From the IMG/VR virus record IMGVR_UViG_3300032092_000001: a DNA stretch of 64,000 nt; one strand, written 5' to 3'. The DNA comes from a virus (taxonomy: Duplodnaviria; Caudoviricetes). Made by a program: the position numbers and the translations under genes. Below, one piece after another: positions 48,878 through 58,004 of this stretch. Every line of letters starts with the position of its first letter. Position 1 is the first letter of the stretch. The notes under the pieces are model-generated. The model saw nothing but the letters and a program-made list of their open reading frames with translations. It did not search any database and was not told where the DNA came from.

Positions 48878-49474
48878 TTACCAATAACCTGGATATGTTT
48901 TTCCACCCCACAAATGTCCAAAACGATTAAGACGACATGCCCAATAACCTGCGGTCATTCTATCTTTCTTGTCTTTACAGTTATGTCTTGATGCAAACGC
49001 CTTACGAGCTTTAGGGTTAGATACTTTAGCGGTTAGACCACCCTTAACATCTCCAAATGATATTTTTTTAACTCTTCCTGTAGATGGGTTTTTAACGTAT
49101 ACTACATATTTTTTTCCACCACCTGTATTTCTTCTTGGTTTACCCAATTCCACTTTTTTACCATTATATTCCGCCTCATTAATAAATTCCTCAGATAATG
49201 GTATGTCTAAATAAACTTCTTTTCCACTTGATAATCTAACCTTTGCACCCAAATCGGTCTCAATTAATTCAACCTCTTCATCACTTAATTCAATATTACC
49301 ATTCTCATATAAATCACGAACTTCGTTAATTAAACTAAAGAAAGAATCGGAATGTGGACGATATATGTTTTCAGTTAATGGTATATTGTTTTTTAAATGG
49401 TAATTCAAACCTTCAGAAACTAATAATTCATTACTTTCCTTTAACACTTTTTTAATCAAATTATCAATTCTCAT
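48878..49474 (-). CDS. Hypothetical late protein with basic C-terminal module
   Basis: LIKKVLKE leader; INE/AEYNGKKV...KKISFGD...ARKAFASRHNC...YWACR. Confidence 0.7.
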   Translation of the reverse strand: MRIDNLIKKVLKESNELLVSEGLNYHLKNNIPLTENIYRPHSDSFFSLINEVRDLYENGNIELSDEEVELIETDLGAKVRLSSGKEVYLDIPLSEEFINEAEYNGKKVELGKPRRNTGGGKKYVVYVKNPSTGRVKKISFGDVKGGLTAKVSNPKARKAFASRHNCKDKKDRMTAGYWACRLNRFGHLWGGKTYPGYW

Positions 49475-49674
49475 TTTTTCTCACGAAATAAAAAATACAA
49501 CCCAAAGAATGATAGTGCAATACCATAAAAAATTGCGGTGGTAGTCCAATAGGAATTCGTAGCATCTAAAATCATCTTGAAGATTACGTCGAAACCTAAA
49601 GGGTTGAAAAACATTCCAGCCATCAGACAGAAAGTCGCTATGTTTTTGCGAAATAATTGTCTCCAAGTCATCAC
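49471..49674 (-). CDS. Small two-TM membrane protein
   Basis: IATFCLMAGMFFNPLG and TTAIFYGIALSFFGLYFLF. Confidence 0.6.
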   Translation of the reverse strand: MMTWRQLFRKNIATFCLMAGMFFNPLGFDVIFKMILDATNSYWTTTAIFYGIALSFFGLYFLFREKK

Positions 49675-49737
49675 TATCCATTTATTTGGGGTTAAAGTTT
49701 ATGAATCTGAAAAAAATCAAATTCTTTATCATAAATA

Positions 49738-49768
49738 TTTGTGGGAATCAATATTTGTCGTATATTTG
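49738..49768 (+). promoter_or_regulatory. Consensus Bacteroidota sigma-A promoter
   Basis: TTTG(49738-41)-N19-TATATTTG(49761-68). Confidence 0.75.
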
Positions 49769-49794
49769 TAGAAATAATTAAATAATCAAGTCCT

Positions 49795-50337
49795 ATGAAA
49801 AACTTATTCCTTTCTTTAGTGTTAGTTTTAACAAGTTTATGTTCATTTGGGCAAGTTAAAAAAGAATTTGTTGCATTGACTGAGGTTGAGCAATTAGTCT
49901 TCAAAAAAATAAATGACTATCGAGTTAAAAACGGATTAAAGTCAATTATTTGGTGTCCTAACTCATACAAATCAGCATACCATCACTCCTACTACTTGTC
50001 AGACCCAAATGTTGAAATTTCACACTTTGAGCCGGAAGATGTTGAAGGTATTGATGAAATTAACACTCATAACGACAGAATTTGTGGGGTTTTAAATTCA
50101 CCTGGGGTTGTTAGTGTTGAAAACGTAATGACAGTCCAAGCGTCCGACCGTTGGCTTAATAGAAAAGATTGTGATGGTAAAAAAACAACATCCGATTTTA
50201 TTTTTAAAGCTTGGTATGAATCTGATAGTCATAACAAGGCAATGTTAAATCCGTCTATGACACATGGGTCAATTGCTATTGTTAGAGAAAAGGATGGTAA
50301 TTATTGCAGACCTGTAATGGTATTCTATAAAAAATAA
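49795..50337 (+). CDS. Secreted CAP/SCP domain protein
   Basis: Signal peptide MKNLFLSLVLVLTSLCSFG; KINDYRVKNGL, AYHHS, EN, WYES..HNKAML. Confidence 0.8.
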   Translation: MKNLFLSLVLVLTSLCSFGQVKKEFVALTEVEQLVFKKINDYRVKNGLKSIIWCPNSYKSAYHHSYYLSDPNVEISHFEPEDVEGIDEINTHNDRICGVLNSPGVVSVENVMTVQASDRWLNRKDCDGKKTTSDFIFKAWYESDSHNKAMLNPSMTHGSIAIVREKDGNYCRPVMVFYKK

Positions 50338-50361
50338 AAATGGGGATTACTCCCCATTTTT
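50336..50361. terminator. Bidirectional terminator
   Basis: aaaaatgggga-ttac-tccccattttt. Confidence 0.8.
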
Positions 50362-50364
50362 ATT

Positions 50365-51495
50365 TTATTGTCCTTTAGTCTTATATGATGACCAATTCTT
50401 CGCAATTTTTTCAGCTGTGGTCCTCGGTACTTCATTTCCAGGGACACTCCAATCACTACCTGAACCTCCGTATCTGTATCGATACGAATAATTTGGCCAT
50501 TTTTTAAAGTAATCTTGACATTTTGGTTCTTTTCCCGCTCCGTGATACTCATATTGGAAACACCAACGTGCGGTCTCATCACTCCACATACCCTTACCAA
50601 GTACAAAATCTGAATTTGAAACACTTTCACCTGCCAAATCACCTTCTTGTACAGGTATCCATCTTACTTTACCTGCAACTTGATTGTCATCACCATTTGA
50701 GTAATATACTGACGCATAATTAGGTTTCTGCACCTTACATCTATAAATCCCTTGAGCATCTGTTGCGAACCCATCCGCACAAAATGTGATAATTCTAGTA
50801 TGAGGCGCATTCCATGCCAATATTCTATACGGCTGAAATGAGTAAGTTTGACTTGATTTTGTTTCAACCTCACCTTTAGCTTGTATTGTTATAGTTACAA
50901 ATTGATATGGCTGATATTGAGGTTCCGTAGATTTATTAACATTAGGAGTATAATCAGGTCCCGCAAATGCTTGTGAGATATCGGTAATATATTTAACCTT
51001 ATCTAATGATATTCCTGGAATTGTAGATAAATAATTTTTAATTGAACTAAACGCAGTATCCGCTCTTTTTTGAGCTAAATCAATATTAAAGGCCTTTCTT
51101 TCTTCTTCGGTTTTTCCTGGTCCTGATTTTGAACTACCTGCGGTAACAATAACTTCGGTTTCAACATTTTTTAACCCCTGATTATTATACCAATTACTAA
51201 TTTTTGTTTTTTCATCATCTGTTAAACTCCATGGTTGTGACTTACCTGGAGCAAATTTAGTTTCGGCTTTTATAATCAAAGGTTTAACTTTAGATGTTTC
51301 ATTCCTAACTAATTTAGTTCCATCAGGAGAAATAAAAGTCCCAGGCGTTGGATTTGGTGGTTGATGTTGCTCATTTACCAACTCTGTATATTTTTTTTCA
51401 AGAACGTTAAAGTAATTAATTTCCGTTTTTTGATTTTCATGAAGAGAACGAATTTTTTCTTTTTCGTTTTCTGATATAATAATTCTTTTTCCCAT
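50365..51495 (-). CDS. OmpA-C-like domain protein with N-terminal leader and extra C-terminal domain
   Basis: FAPGKS, FNIDLAQKRADTA, YQFVTITI; start trimmed to MGKRIIISENEK. Confidence 0.55.
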   Translation of the reverse strand: MGKRIIISENEKEKIRSLHENQKTEINYFNVLEKKYTELVNEQHQPPNPTPGTFISPDGTKLVRNETSKVKPLIIKAETKFAPGKSQPWSLTDDEKTKISNWYNNQGLKNVETEVIVTAGSSKSGPGKTEEERKAFNIDLAQKRADTAFSSIKNYLSTIPGISLDKVKYITDISQAFAGPDYTPNVNKSTEPQYQPYQFVTITIQAKGEVETKSSQTYSFQPYRILAWNAPHTRIITFCADGFATDAQGIYRCKVQKPNYASVYYSNGDDNQVAGKVRWIPVQEGDLAGESVSNSDFVLGKGMWSDETARWCFQYEYHGAGKEPKCQDYFKKWPNYSYRYRYGGSGSDWSVPGNEVPRTTAEKIAKNWSSYKTKGQ

Positions 51496-51523
51496 ATTAC
51501 ATTTTAGTTTTTTTATAAATATA

Positions 51524-52129
51524 TTAATTAGTCCAAATATTAATTTCAACCCATTGGTCATTTAAATATTTTGGGTCCTGTGGGTTATCAACACCTTGTT
51601 TATAAGGTATTGAACCTTGTTTATATCTCCCACTTACTGATGACATTCCTTTTGGCCAAGATGGTAACTTTTCTAATTGACTTCTAAAGTAATCTCCAAG
51701 TGTCCCCCCTCTTTTTTGAGATAAAGTATTAACATCTGAACCTGTCTTAGGAGTCTGTGACTCTGAAGCCACCCAACTAATTTGAAATGGTTTGTTTGAT
51801 TTCGATAAATATTCTTTAGCCTTTGTTAAAAAGTTTTGAACTTCCTGAAAGTTTCTAATGGAATCTTTATCAAGTCCTGTTTTACCCGTATTAAAATAAA
51901 ATTTATTATTTAACTTTAAAACATCTTTTAGATTTTGTTTACTAGCAGCCGATGACGTGCCGGTCTTAACATCCACACTTGTGTTTGGCGTTACCGGTCC
52001 TCCAGTTGACGGGGGGTCCGTTTCATTAATTTGGGACTCTGAAATCAAATATCCATTTTTTGTTGCGGACAAATGCATTTCAATAATTCGTTGTCTTTCA
52101 CTATCGTCAATTGTAAATAAATTTTTCAT
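51524..52129 (-). CDS. OmpA-C-like domain protein with N-terminal leader, paralog of neighbour
   Basis: FNTGKTGL, NTLSQKRG, DQWVEINI; start trimmed to MKNLFTIDDSER. Confidence 0.55.
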   Translation of the reverse strand: MKNLFTIDDSERQRIIEMHLSATKNGYLISESQINETDPPSTGGPVTPNTSVDVKTGTSSAASKQNLKDVLKLNNKFYFNTGKTGLDKDSIRNFQEVQNFLTKAKEYLSKSNKPFQISWVASESQTPKTGSDVNTLSQKRGGTLGDYFRSQLEKLPSWPKGMSSVSGRYKQGSIPYKQGVDNPQDPKYLNDQWVEINIWTN

Positions 52130-52190
52130 ATTAAAACATTTTATAATAAATATATGACAAAAGAGAATACTTATTAGCAAACATAAAAAT

Positions 52191-52331
52191 ATGGCTGCAA
52201 AAACATCAAAATCAACAGGAGCAACAAAGGTTACCTTTGGGACTAAAAAAACTGGAAGATATTCCAAAAAACAATCAACAAATAAGAGGTCTAAAAACTA
52301 TAAGAAATCATATAGAGGACAAGGTAGGTAA
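52191..52331 (+). CDS. Small very basic protein (46 aa, ends YRGQGR) missed by ORF track
   Basis: MAAKTSKSTGATKVTFGTKKTGRYSKKQSTNKRSKNYKKSYRGQGR, hand translation. Confidence 0.7.
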   Translation: MAAKTSKSTGATKVTFGTKKTGRYSKKQSTNKRSKNYKKSYRGQGR

Positions 52332-52332
52332 T

Positions 52333-52629
52333 ATGAAACAATTTATTAAAAAACAAATTGCAGATATAAAAAAATTCTCATTTGCTGAAATGACTTCCAA
52401 TAGCAATGGGAAAACATCTAGCAGTGGAACTATGGGGGTTTATGTAATCATTATTGGAGGACTTTGTTTTCTACTTGGTAGTATTGATAAAATGTTTCTA
52501 AATAAAGATATTGATGTGATGACACAATCAATAATCTTTACAGGCATCGGAGCAGCATTACTTGGTTACAGAAAATCAAAAGATAATACTGAAATTATAT
52601 CTGAAGAGGTTAAAAATGAAGAAAACTAA
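52333..52629 (+). CDS. Two-TM membrane protein, holin candidate
   Basis: MGVYVIIIGGLCFLLG and IIFTGIGAALLG; adjacent to a lysozyme-like gene; start trimmed. Confidence 0.5.
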   Translation: MKQFIKKQIADIKKFSFAEMTSNSNGKTSSSGTMGVYVIIIGGLCFLLGSIDKMFLNKDIDVMTQSIIFTGIGAALLGYRKSKDNTEIISEEVKNEEN

Positions 52630-52652
52630 CATTTAGATATATTTATAATATT

Positions 52653-53414
52653 ATGACACGAAAAGAAAAACAAGTTGACAAAGTTTTAAAAACAATAACT
52701 GAAGGTAAACAACATCTTTTAGTTGAGAATCCATTACTTATGGGTTTATTAAGAATGGGATTAATGAATTACTTATTTGGTGATGCGGTTAAAACACAAG
52801 TAGATAAAGTAATTCAAAAATATCCTGAATTATCTCCAACCGAGTTATTAAAAAAGGCAGGGTTAGATGTTACCGCTTCTGACAAAGATGTTGAGGAGTA
52901 CACAAAAGATAGTTATTTAAGTAAATCTGAAAAAGAAAAATTAGGACTTGGTGATACTTCTTATGGTGTCGGAGCAATGAGTTCAAATAATGATAACAAA
53001 TTTTATGAAAGAGTTTTGAAGGATTTAGGAGCACCTGTCACTGATGGGAACATTACATTCTTAAAGGCAATTAGACAGGCGGAAGGAGCTAAAGCAAGAT
53101 ACAATCCATTTAATACAACTATGAAAAAAATGGGGTCATCTTGTTATAATGTCTTAAAGAGAGATAATTTTGGTGGATGTAAATCAGGAGTTCAAAATTA
53201 TATGAGTGAGGAGGATGGAATTGACGCAACTGTTGAGACTTTAAAATTGGGTTACTATAAAGATATTGTTAACGGATTTAAAAATGACGTAGGTCCTAAG
53301 GAATTATCAAAAAGATGGGCGTCATCACCATGGGGAACAGGAGACTTAGTTAAAAAAGTTGTTGATTCCTACTTAAAGGGTGCTAAACCATCTCCACCAC
53401 CTATTGCTCGTTAA
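52653..53414 (+). CDS. Lysozyme-like (glucosaminidase/transglycosylase-like) domain protein with leader
   Basis: AIRQAEG...NPFNTT...VQNY.S.EDGIDAT..TL..GYY..I...SPWG pattern. Confidence 0.5.
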   Translation: MTRKEKQVDKVLKTITEGKQHLLVENPLLMGLLRMGLMNYLFGDAVKTQVDKVIQKYPELSPTELLKKAGLDVTASDKDVEEYTKDSYLSKSEKEKLGLGDTSYGVGAMSSNNDNKFYERVLKDLGAPVTDGNITFLKAIRQAEGAKARYNPFNTTMKKMGSSCYNVLKRDNFGGCKSGVQNYMSEEDGIDATVETLKLGYYKDIVNGFKNDVGPKELSKRWASSPWGTGDLVKKVVDSYLKGAKPSPPPIAR

Positions 53415-53637
53415 TTAACGAATATTTCTTAATTTTTCTATCAAGATGTTGATTTAATTGGTCTACAAAAAAATTAAATCCGTCTTCATTGACTGAATCA
53501 AAATCATCGGACCAATGTTTGTTCTTATACTGTTTAATTAAATTTTCACAACATTCAATTTGAGTATACGATGTTACAGAGTCAATTATTTTTTTAACCC
53601 ATTCAAAATCTTTTTCCATTGGGCTAATATAAGTCAT
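53401..53637 (-). CDS. Hypothetical protein
   Basis: 78-aa ORF coupled to upstream gene. Confidence 0.6.
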   Translation of the reverse strand: MTYISPMEKDFEWVKKIIDSVTSYTQIECCENLIKQYKNKHWSDDFDSVNEDGFNFFVDQLNQHLDRKIKKYSLINEQ

Positions 53638-54020
53638 TAGTTATATAACAAAGCAACGTACTGAGGATATTTTTTCTCAAATACTCTTGCCATAATTCCG
53701 GCTTCAGTATTTGCATAATCTTCTTGTGATTGAGTATTATACCCTTGTAACTTTATTTTTCTTTGTCTTGCAAATTCATGAGTCCATTCATGAGCAATTG
53801 TTCTAATAATATCAAGTAACATTCTATTATCCGCCAAAACCTTAATTAAACCCGTTATCTCGCTACCGGTTGACATAGCCCCCATTCTCTCACTCATTAA
53901 AATAATCTCAACGTCTCTTTTAAGTGGTGAGTTTTCTTGGGCGAATTTTAAAAAATCTCTAATAACCTGAATCTTATCTTGCCCTAAATCTTTTACTCTA
54001 TTTACAATTTTAACTTTCAT
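53637..54020 (-). CDS. HExxH metallopeptidase-like protein
   Basis: RTIAHEWTH and downstream EDYAN; TATTTAT 4 nt upstream. Confidence 0.6.
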   Translation of the reverse strand: MKVKIVNRVKDLGQDKIQVIRDFLKFAQENSPLKRDVEIILMSERMGAMSTGSEITGLIKVLADNRMLLDIIRTIAHEWTHEFARQRKIKLQGYNTQSQEDYANTEAGIMARVFEKKYPQYVALLYN

Positions 54021-54082
54021 ACTGATAAATATTTGTCTTAGTTGATTAAATTTACTATATTTAATTGTAAAGAAAACTAATC

Positions 54083-54433
54083 ATGCGGAAAGATTTAAGT
54101 TTAGTTGATATTCTTAATAAAACAATCACATCTGAATTTCCTGTAATAAAAAAAGTGGAAATGACAAATAAAAAAATCTATGACGGATTCATTGATTTTA
54201 AATTTGTTCTTTTTTTAACTAAAGATGATTTATTTAAAATATTAGGAGTCACTGATGATTCATTAATACTTGATTTAATTTTTAAAAATGATGAAGTGAA
54301 TGATTTTTGGTTCAAGTATAAAGTGACCGATAATTTTGATTACAAGACAATAAGACACAGACTAAAAAATATTTGTAAGTTCTATTATAACGAAAAGATA
54401 CAAAATTTTGACGTGGTTATTAAACTTTTATGA
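54083..54433 (+). CDS. Hypothetical protein
   Basis: 116-aa ORF. Confidence 0.6.
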   Translation: MRKDLSLVDILNKTITSEFPVIKKVEMTNKKIYDGFIDFKFVLFLTKDDLFKILGVTDDSLILDLIFKNDEVNDFWFKYKVTDNFDYKTIRHRLKNICKFYYNEKIQNFDVVIKLL

Positions 54434-54702
54434 TGAAAAAATTCTATGAGGCGTATCTGAATAAACTTTATAAAAAGGACATTGACATTTTTTTTGGTGA
54501 GGGTTCAAAAATTGTAATTACTAGTTTAGGATACTCAACAAATTTAAAACAGATTCATATGTCGGCAAAGTTATTTCCAACTAACTCAGAATTTGCAGTT
54601 GAGATTTTTCCTGAAGGTTTGGAAATGTTAATTACGGAATCTTGGAAATTTATGGGAATTGATGAATTTGAAATAATGTTAACTAGCTCAATGGAACACT
54701 AA
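54430..54702 (+). CDS. Hypothetical protein
   Basis: 90-aa ORF with 4-nt overlap. Confidence 0.6.
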   Translation: MMKKFYEAYLNKLYKKDIDIFFGEGSKIVITSLGYSTNLKQIHMSAKLFPTNSEFAVEIFPEGLEMLITESWKFMGIDEFEIMLTSSMEH

Positions 54703-54703
54703 T

Positions 54704-55057
54704 ATGGCACATCCAATTTTACATTCCAAATCATCCGCAAAAAAGTTTGGGGGAATATGGGAAGATTATATACACCTACACGAATGGATGGATGAAACTA
54801 AGGGTTGGTACGGGCACTCAACTCATAGAATGTTTAGACATCATTCTGAAGGTATTTTTGAAATGGAGAAAAGGTTCGGACCTGAATTTAAAAATAGTGA
54901 AGGAAAGACTGTGTATACCAGATATGTTGGAGAGCAACATGTTAGAGAAGACTGCAATAACTACATCCCAACGGCAAAGGAGTGGATTGATGCAATTGAA
55001 TCAAAGTCAAGACCGTTATGGATGATGAAAACTATGAAATTAGAATTTGAAGACTAA
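54704..55057 (+). CDS. DUF6915-like His-rich protein
   Basis: MAHPILH..SS.KKFGG..EDY..H.W.D..K...HR..RHH.EGIF...EQHV.ED...IP. Confidence 0.65.
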   Translation: MAHPILHSKSSAKKFGGIWEDYIHLHEWMDETKGWYGHSTHRMFRHHSEGIFEMEKRFGPEFKNSEGKTVYTRYVGEQHVREDCNNYIPTAKEWIDAIESKSRPLWMMKTMKLEFED

Positions 55058-55068
55058 TATTTATTAAT

Positions 55069-55779
55069 ATGGGAATATCAGAATTGAGAGATTATTTGGA
55101 AACCGAGGTTTCAAAAAAGATGATAAAATTATTATCTAAAATCATGAAGAGTTATAATAGAGAACGTCTCTATCAAACAATTACAATATATAATGGTGAT
55201 GATGTTAATTATTATTTTTCACCTCATACAGAATCGGGCTCAATTGAACTTCCTCCATCTATAACAAATTATTTAGACAATCTTTATGAAAAAATATCTA
55301 ATATGGATATTGAAAGTAATGAAGATGATGTTAACTATTCAACAATAGAAGTTATTTTTGATTTTGATGACGACGTGTTTAAAGTATGGATGACTGATTA
55401 CGTATACGAAACTCAATCGTTTTCAACTGAAAGTGAGTTAGATGAAAACGATGAAAAAGAAATTATTGAAACTTTAAACCAATGGTTGAGTGAAGGTCAT
55501 AAATTTGTTAAAGTTGATTATAGTGGAGGTGGTGATAGTGGATATATTGAAAGTAATGGATATGGTGAAGGTGGGATTAATGATATTGGAATTCCAGCAG
55601 GTTTTGAGGACTATATCTATCAAATGCTTGAATCAAATTACGGTGGGTGGGAAATAAATGAAGGTTCTCAAGGAACCTTCATAATTAATACTGAAGAAAA
55701 GACTGTTACTTTAGAACACAACATGAACGATGAACGTCCTGTTGATAGTGAGTTACTAAAAGTACATTTAAACTATTAA
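55069..55779 (+). CDS. Hypothetical protein with DUF6878-like C-terminal domain
   Basis: YSGGGDSGYIE and GWEINEGSQG.F.I. Confidence 0.55.
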   Translation: MGISELRDYLETEVSKKMIKLLSKIMKSYNRERLYQTITIYNGDDVNYYFSPHTESGSIELPPSITNYLDNLYEKISNMDIESNEDDVNYSTIEVIFDFDDDVFKVWMTDYVYETQSFSTESELDENDEKEIIETLNQWLSEGHKFVKVDYSGGGDSGYIESNGYGEGGINDIGIPAGFEDYIYQMLESNYGGWEINEGSQGTFIINTEEKTVTLEHNMNDERPVDSELLKVHLNY

Positions 55780-56102
55780 TAAACTTGTATTGTTCTTTGT
55801 GGTCTGTCATCACCAAAATCAGGACAGAAATATACATTTACTCCGTCGTGATAGATTGCACCACCAACACCATTAGGTATCTTGTGTTTCTCATGGAATT
55901 TATCACCTAAGTCAATTTGATAATTTCCATCAGCAACTTTTATACACTTATTTTCCATTTCGTAACCACAATGATATTGTTGGTTTTTATTTTTATGTTT
56001 CATAAATTCATCAAATGACATTACAAATGATGCATTTTCATTCATTACTTTTTTAACAACTTTTCCTAATTGTCTTTCTGTTATCAAAATATTCTTTTTC
56101 AT
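55776..56102 (-). CDS. Hypothetical late protein with leader (MKKNILITERQL...MNE)
   Basis: TATTTAT 6 nt upstream. Confidence 0.65.
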   Translation of the reverse strand: MKKNILITERQLGKVVKKVMNENASFVMSFDEFMKHKNKNQQYHCGYEMENKCIKVADGNYQIDLGDKFHEKHKIPNGVGGAIYHDGVNVYFCPDFGDDRPQRTIQVY

Positions 56103-56115
56103 ATTACTATAAATA

Positions 56116-57834
56116 TTAACTTATATTATAATTACCATTAAGATACATTTCCGCTTCAGAATTTCTTCTGTTAACTAATCCCTGTAATCCTAATGTTTTA
56201 AAATTTCTAATCTGTTCCGCAGCCCTTTTATGGTCTCCTTTCTTAACTGACTGAATGAAGTCAGATTGTCTAACCCCACCACATCCAGCATTAAACGCTA
56301 ATGACACTAATGCGTCAAATTGACCCTGAGTTATCATATAACTTTTAAGTCCTTTTGATTTCCATTCAGATAAAAAATTCCTAACACAGTCCGCAAACTC
56401 TTTAGCATCATTGTATAGTAATTTTAAAGCCCTTGTTTCATCTATAGTCATTCCCATTCTAACATCATCACCAGTGTGACCCCATCCAATAGTTGCAACA
56501 CCAACGCTGTCTTTATATGCTTGTAATGCCGGCTTGCCCTTTAATTTTGCCAATCCCTCGGCGTACTTAATATGGTCCCAAAAATCCTGACTAACTTTCA
56601 TTTTAGTACCATCTTGTAAATTACTTTCCTCAGGTACGTCTACAGGTTTTACAATTGGTTGTGGTTTATCATACTTTGTCATAGTACTATCCGACGCTGC
56701 GGTAATATCAGGCATTTTTATTTTTTGCTCATTAACTTCAGGTTTCAATACCGTCATGGACTCAGGAAATTCTTTACTTAAAAATTCTCTGTTTTTACCC
56801 TTATATGGAATATTTTGTAAAACGTATCTAATTGCATTTAAACCTGATACTCTCTTATCATTGGCATCCAATATTACCCAAGGGTGATTAACCGTTGAGG
56901 TTTTGTCAAATAATTTTTGTTTAAACTCTGAGAATCGGTCCCACATGTCTTGCATTTTCTCGTCATTAGGGGAGTATTTCCAATACTTTAATGGTGACGC
57001 TTGTCTCATCTGAAATCTAGTTGCCTGAGTCTCCTTATCAATTGAGAACCATAATTTAAACAAATAATCTCCATCTTTAACTAAGTCTTTTTCAAAGTCT
57101 TCAACGTTTTCCATAAAGTCTTCATATTCCTCTGGAGAACCGTATCCCATCACTGGTTCAACAAGTCCTCTATTATACCAACTTCTATCAAAGAAATTAA
57201 TCATTCCTTTTCTAATTTGACTTCTATATCTATCCCACCATGCTTTTCTCTCCTCAGGTGTTGGTATTCCCAATGCAATGATGTTGTAATATCTTGGATT
57301 TAAATTCTCAGTGTACTTTTTAATAGTTGAACCCTTACCCGCAGAATCTCTACCCTCAAAAACAATTATGACAGTTTTACCGGTACTTTTAATCCACTCT
57401 TGCATTTTAAGTAACTCAACTTGTAAATGATATAACTCCTCGTTATAAACTTTCTTTTTAATTAATGAAGGTTCTTGTGGTTCAAATGAAAACTCTTCAA
57501 AATCAGGTTCGTTACTTATGAAATCTTCTTTTTTTCTTTTCTTTAATACCTTTATAATATTTTCAAAATACTTGGTAATGTTTTTTTCTTTATTACCTTT
57601 TTTCATTAAAACATTTCTAACATTTCTCTCAAGTAAGTCAAAATTAATGGTTTGATTAAAACCCATATCCATAATATCATACAATAGAATCTCAAGGTTC
57701 TTTGTGTAGATATTATATTGTTTTAGAATATCCGCAATCTCATTCTCATATTGTTCTGTCGGTTTCTCCTCTTCGTTTAATTGAGTTCCGAGTAATTGTT
57801 TGTATCTGCTGATTTCAGAAATTAATTTTTTCAT
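56116..57834 (-). CDS. ppk2: Polyphosphate kinase 2 fused to GH24 phage lysozyme
   Basis: PPK2: FEGRDSAGKG, FDRSWYNR, KLWFSI, WKYSPND, DANDKR; lysozyme: EG...YKDSVGVATIGWGH, QFDALVSLAFNAG, GLVNRR.E; single continuous frame. Confidence 0.9.
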   Translation of the reverse strand: MKKLISEISRYKQLLGTQLNEEEKPTEQYENEIADILKQYNIYTKNLEILLYDIMDMGFNQTINFDLLERNVRNVLMKKGNKEKNITKYFENIIKVLKKRKKEDFISNEPDFEEFSFEPQEPSLIKKKVYNEELYHLQVELLKMQEWIKSTGKTVIIVFEGRDSAGKGSTIKKYTENLNPRYYNIIALGIPTPEERKAWWDRYRSQIRKGMINFFDRSWYNRGLVEPVMGYGSPEEYEDFMENVEDFEKDLVKDGDYLFKLWFSIDKETQATRFQMRQASPLKYWKYSPNDEKMQDMWDRFSEFKQKLFDKTSTVNHPWVILDANDKRVSGLNAIRYVLQNIPYKGKNREFLSKEFPESMTVLKPEVNEQKIKMPDITAASDSTMTKYDKPQPIVKPVDVPEESNLQDGTKMKVSQDFWDHIKYAEGLAKLKGKPALQAYKDSVGVATIGWGHTGDDVRMGMTIDETRALKLLYNDAKEFADCVRNFLSEWKSKGLKSYMITQGQFDALVSLAFNAGCGGVRQSDFIQSVKKGDHKRAAEQIRNFKTLGLQGLVNRRNSEAEMYLNGNYNIS

Positions 57835-57860
57835 ATAATATAAATATTACGAAAAAATAA

Positions 57861-57890
57861 TTGATTGTTTTTTAAATTACACTATATTTA
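57861..57890 (+). promoter_or_regulatory. Bacteroidota-type promoter variant upstream of leader peptide
   Basis: TTG-N19-TATATTTA (one mismatch to TAnnTTTG). Confidence 0.5.
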
Positions 57891-57899
57891 ATAAAAAGT

Positions 57900-57967
57900 A
57901 TGAGAAATAAATTGCGAAACATATATAATTTATACAGAATGTCCTGACAATTGTCAGGATTTTTTTT
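57900..57967 (+). promoter_or_regulatory. Attenuator-like leader: 15-aa peptide MRNKLRNIYNLYRMS with overlapping terminator
   Basis: ORF 57900-57947 with three Asn codons; perfect palindrome TCCTGACAATTGTCAGGA (57942-57959) followed by 8 T. Confidence 0.65.
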
Positions 57968-58004
57968 GCCCATACGTTAACAATAAACAAAAAAATAAAA
58001 AAAA

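Noticed and set aside
52237-52332. N-terminal extension of the two-TM protein from a TTG start at 52237
   Set aside because: Region is better explained by the 46-aa basic ORF 52191..52331, with the next ATG 1 nt after its stop
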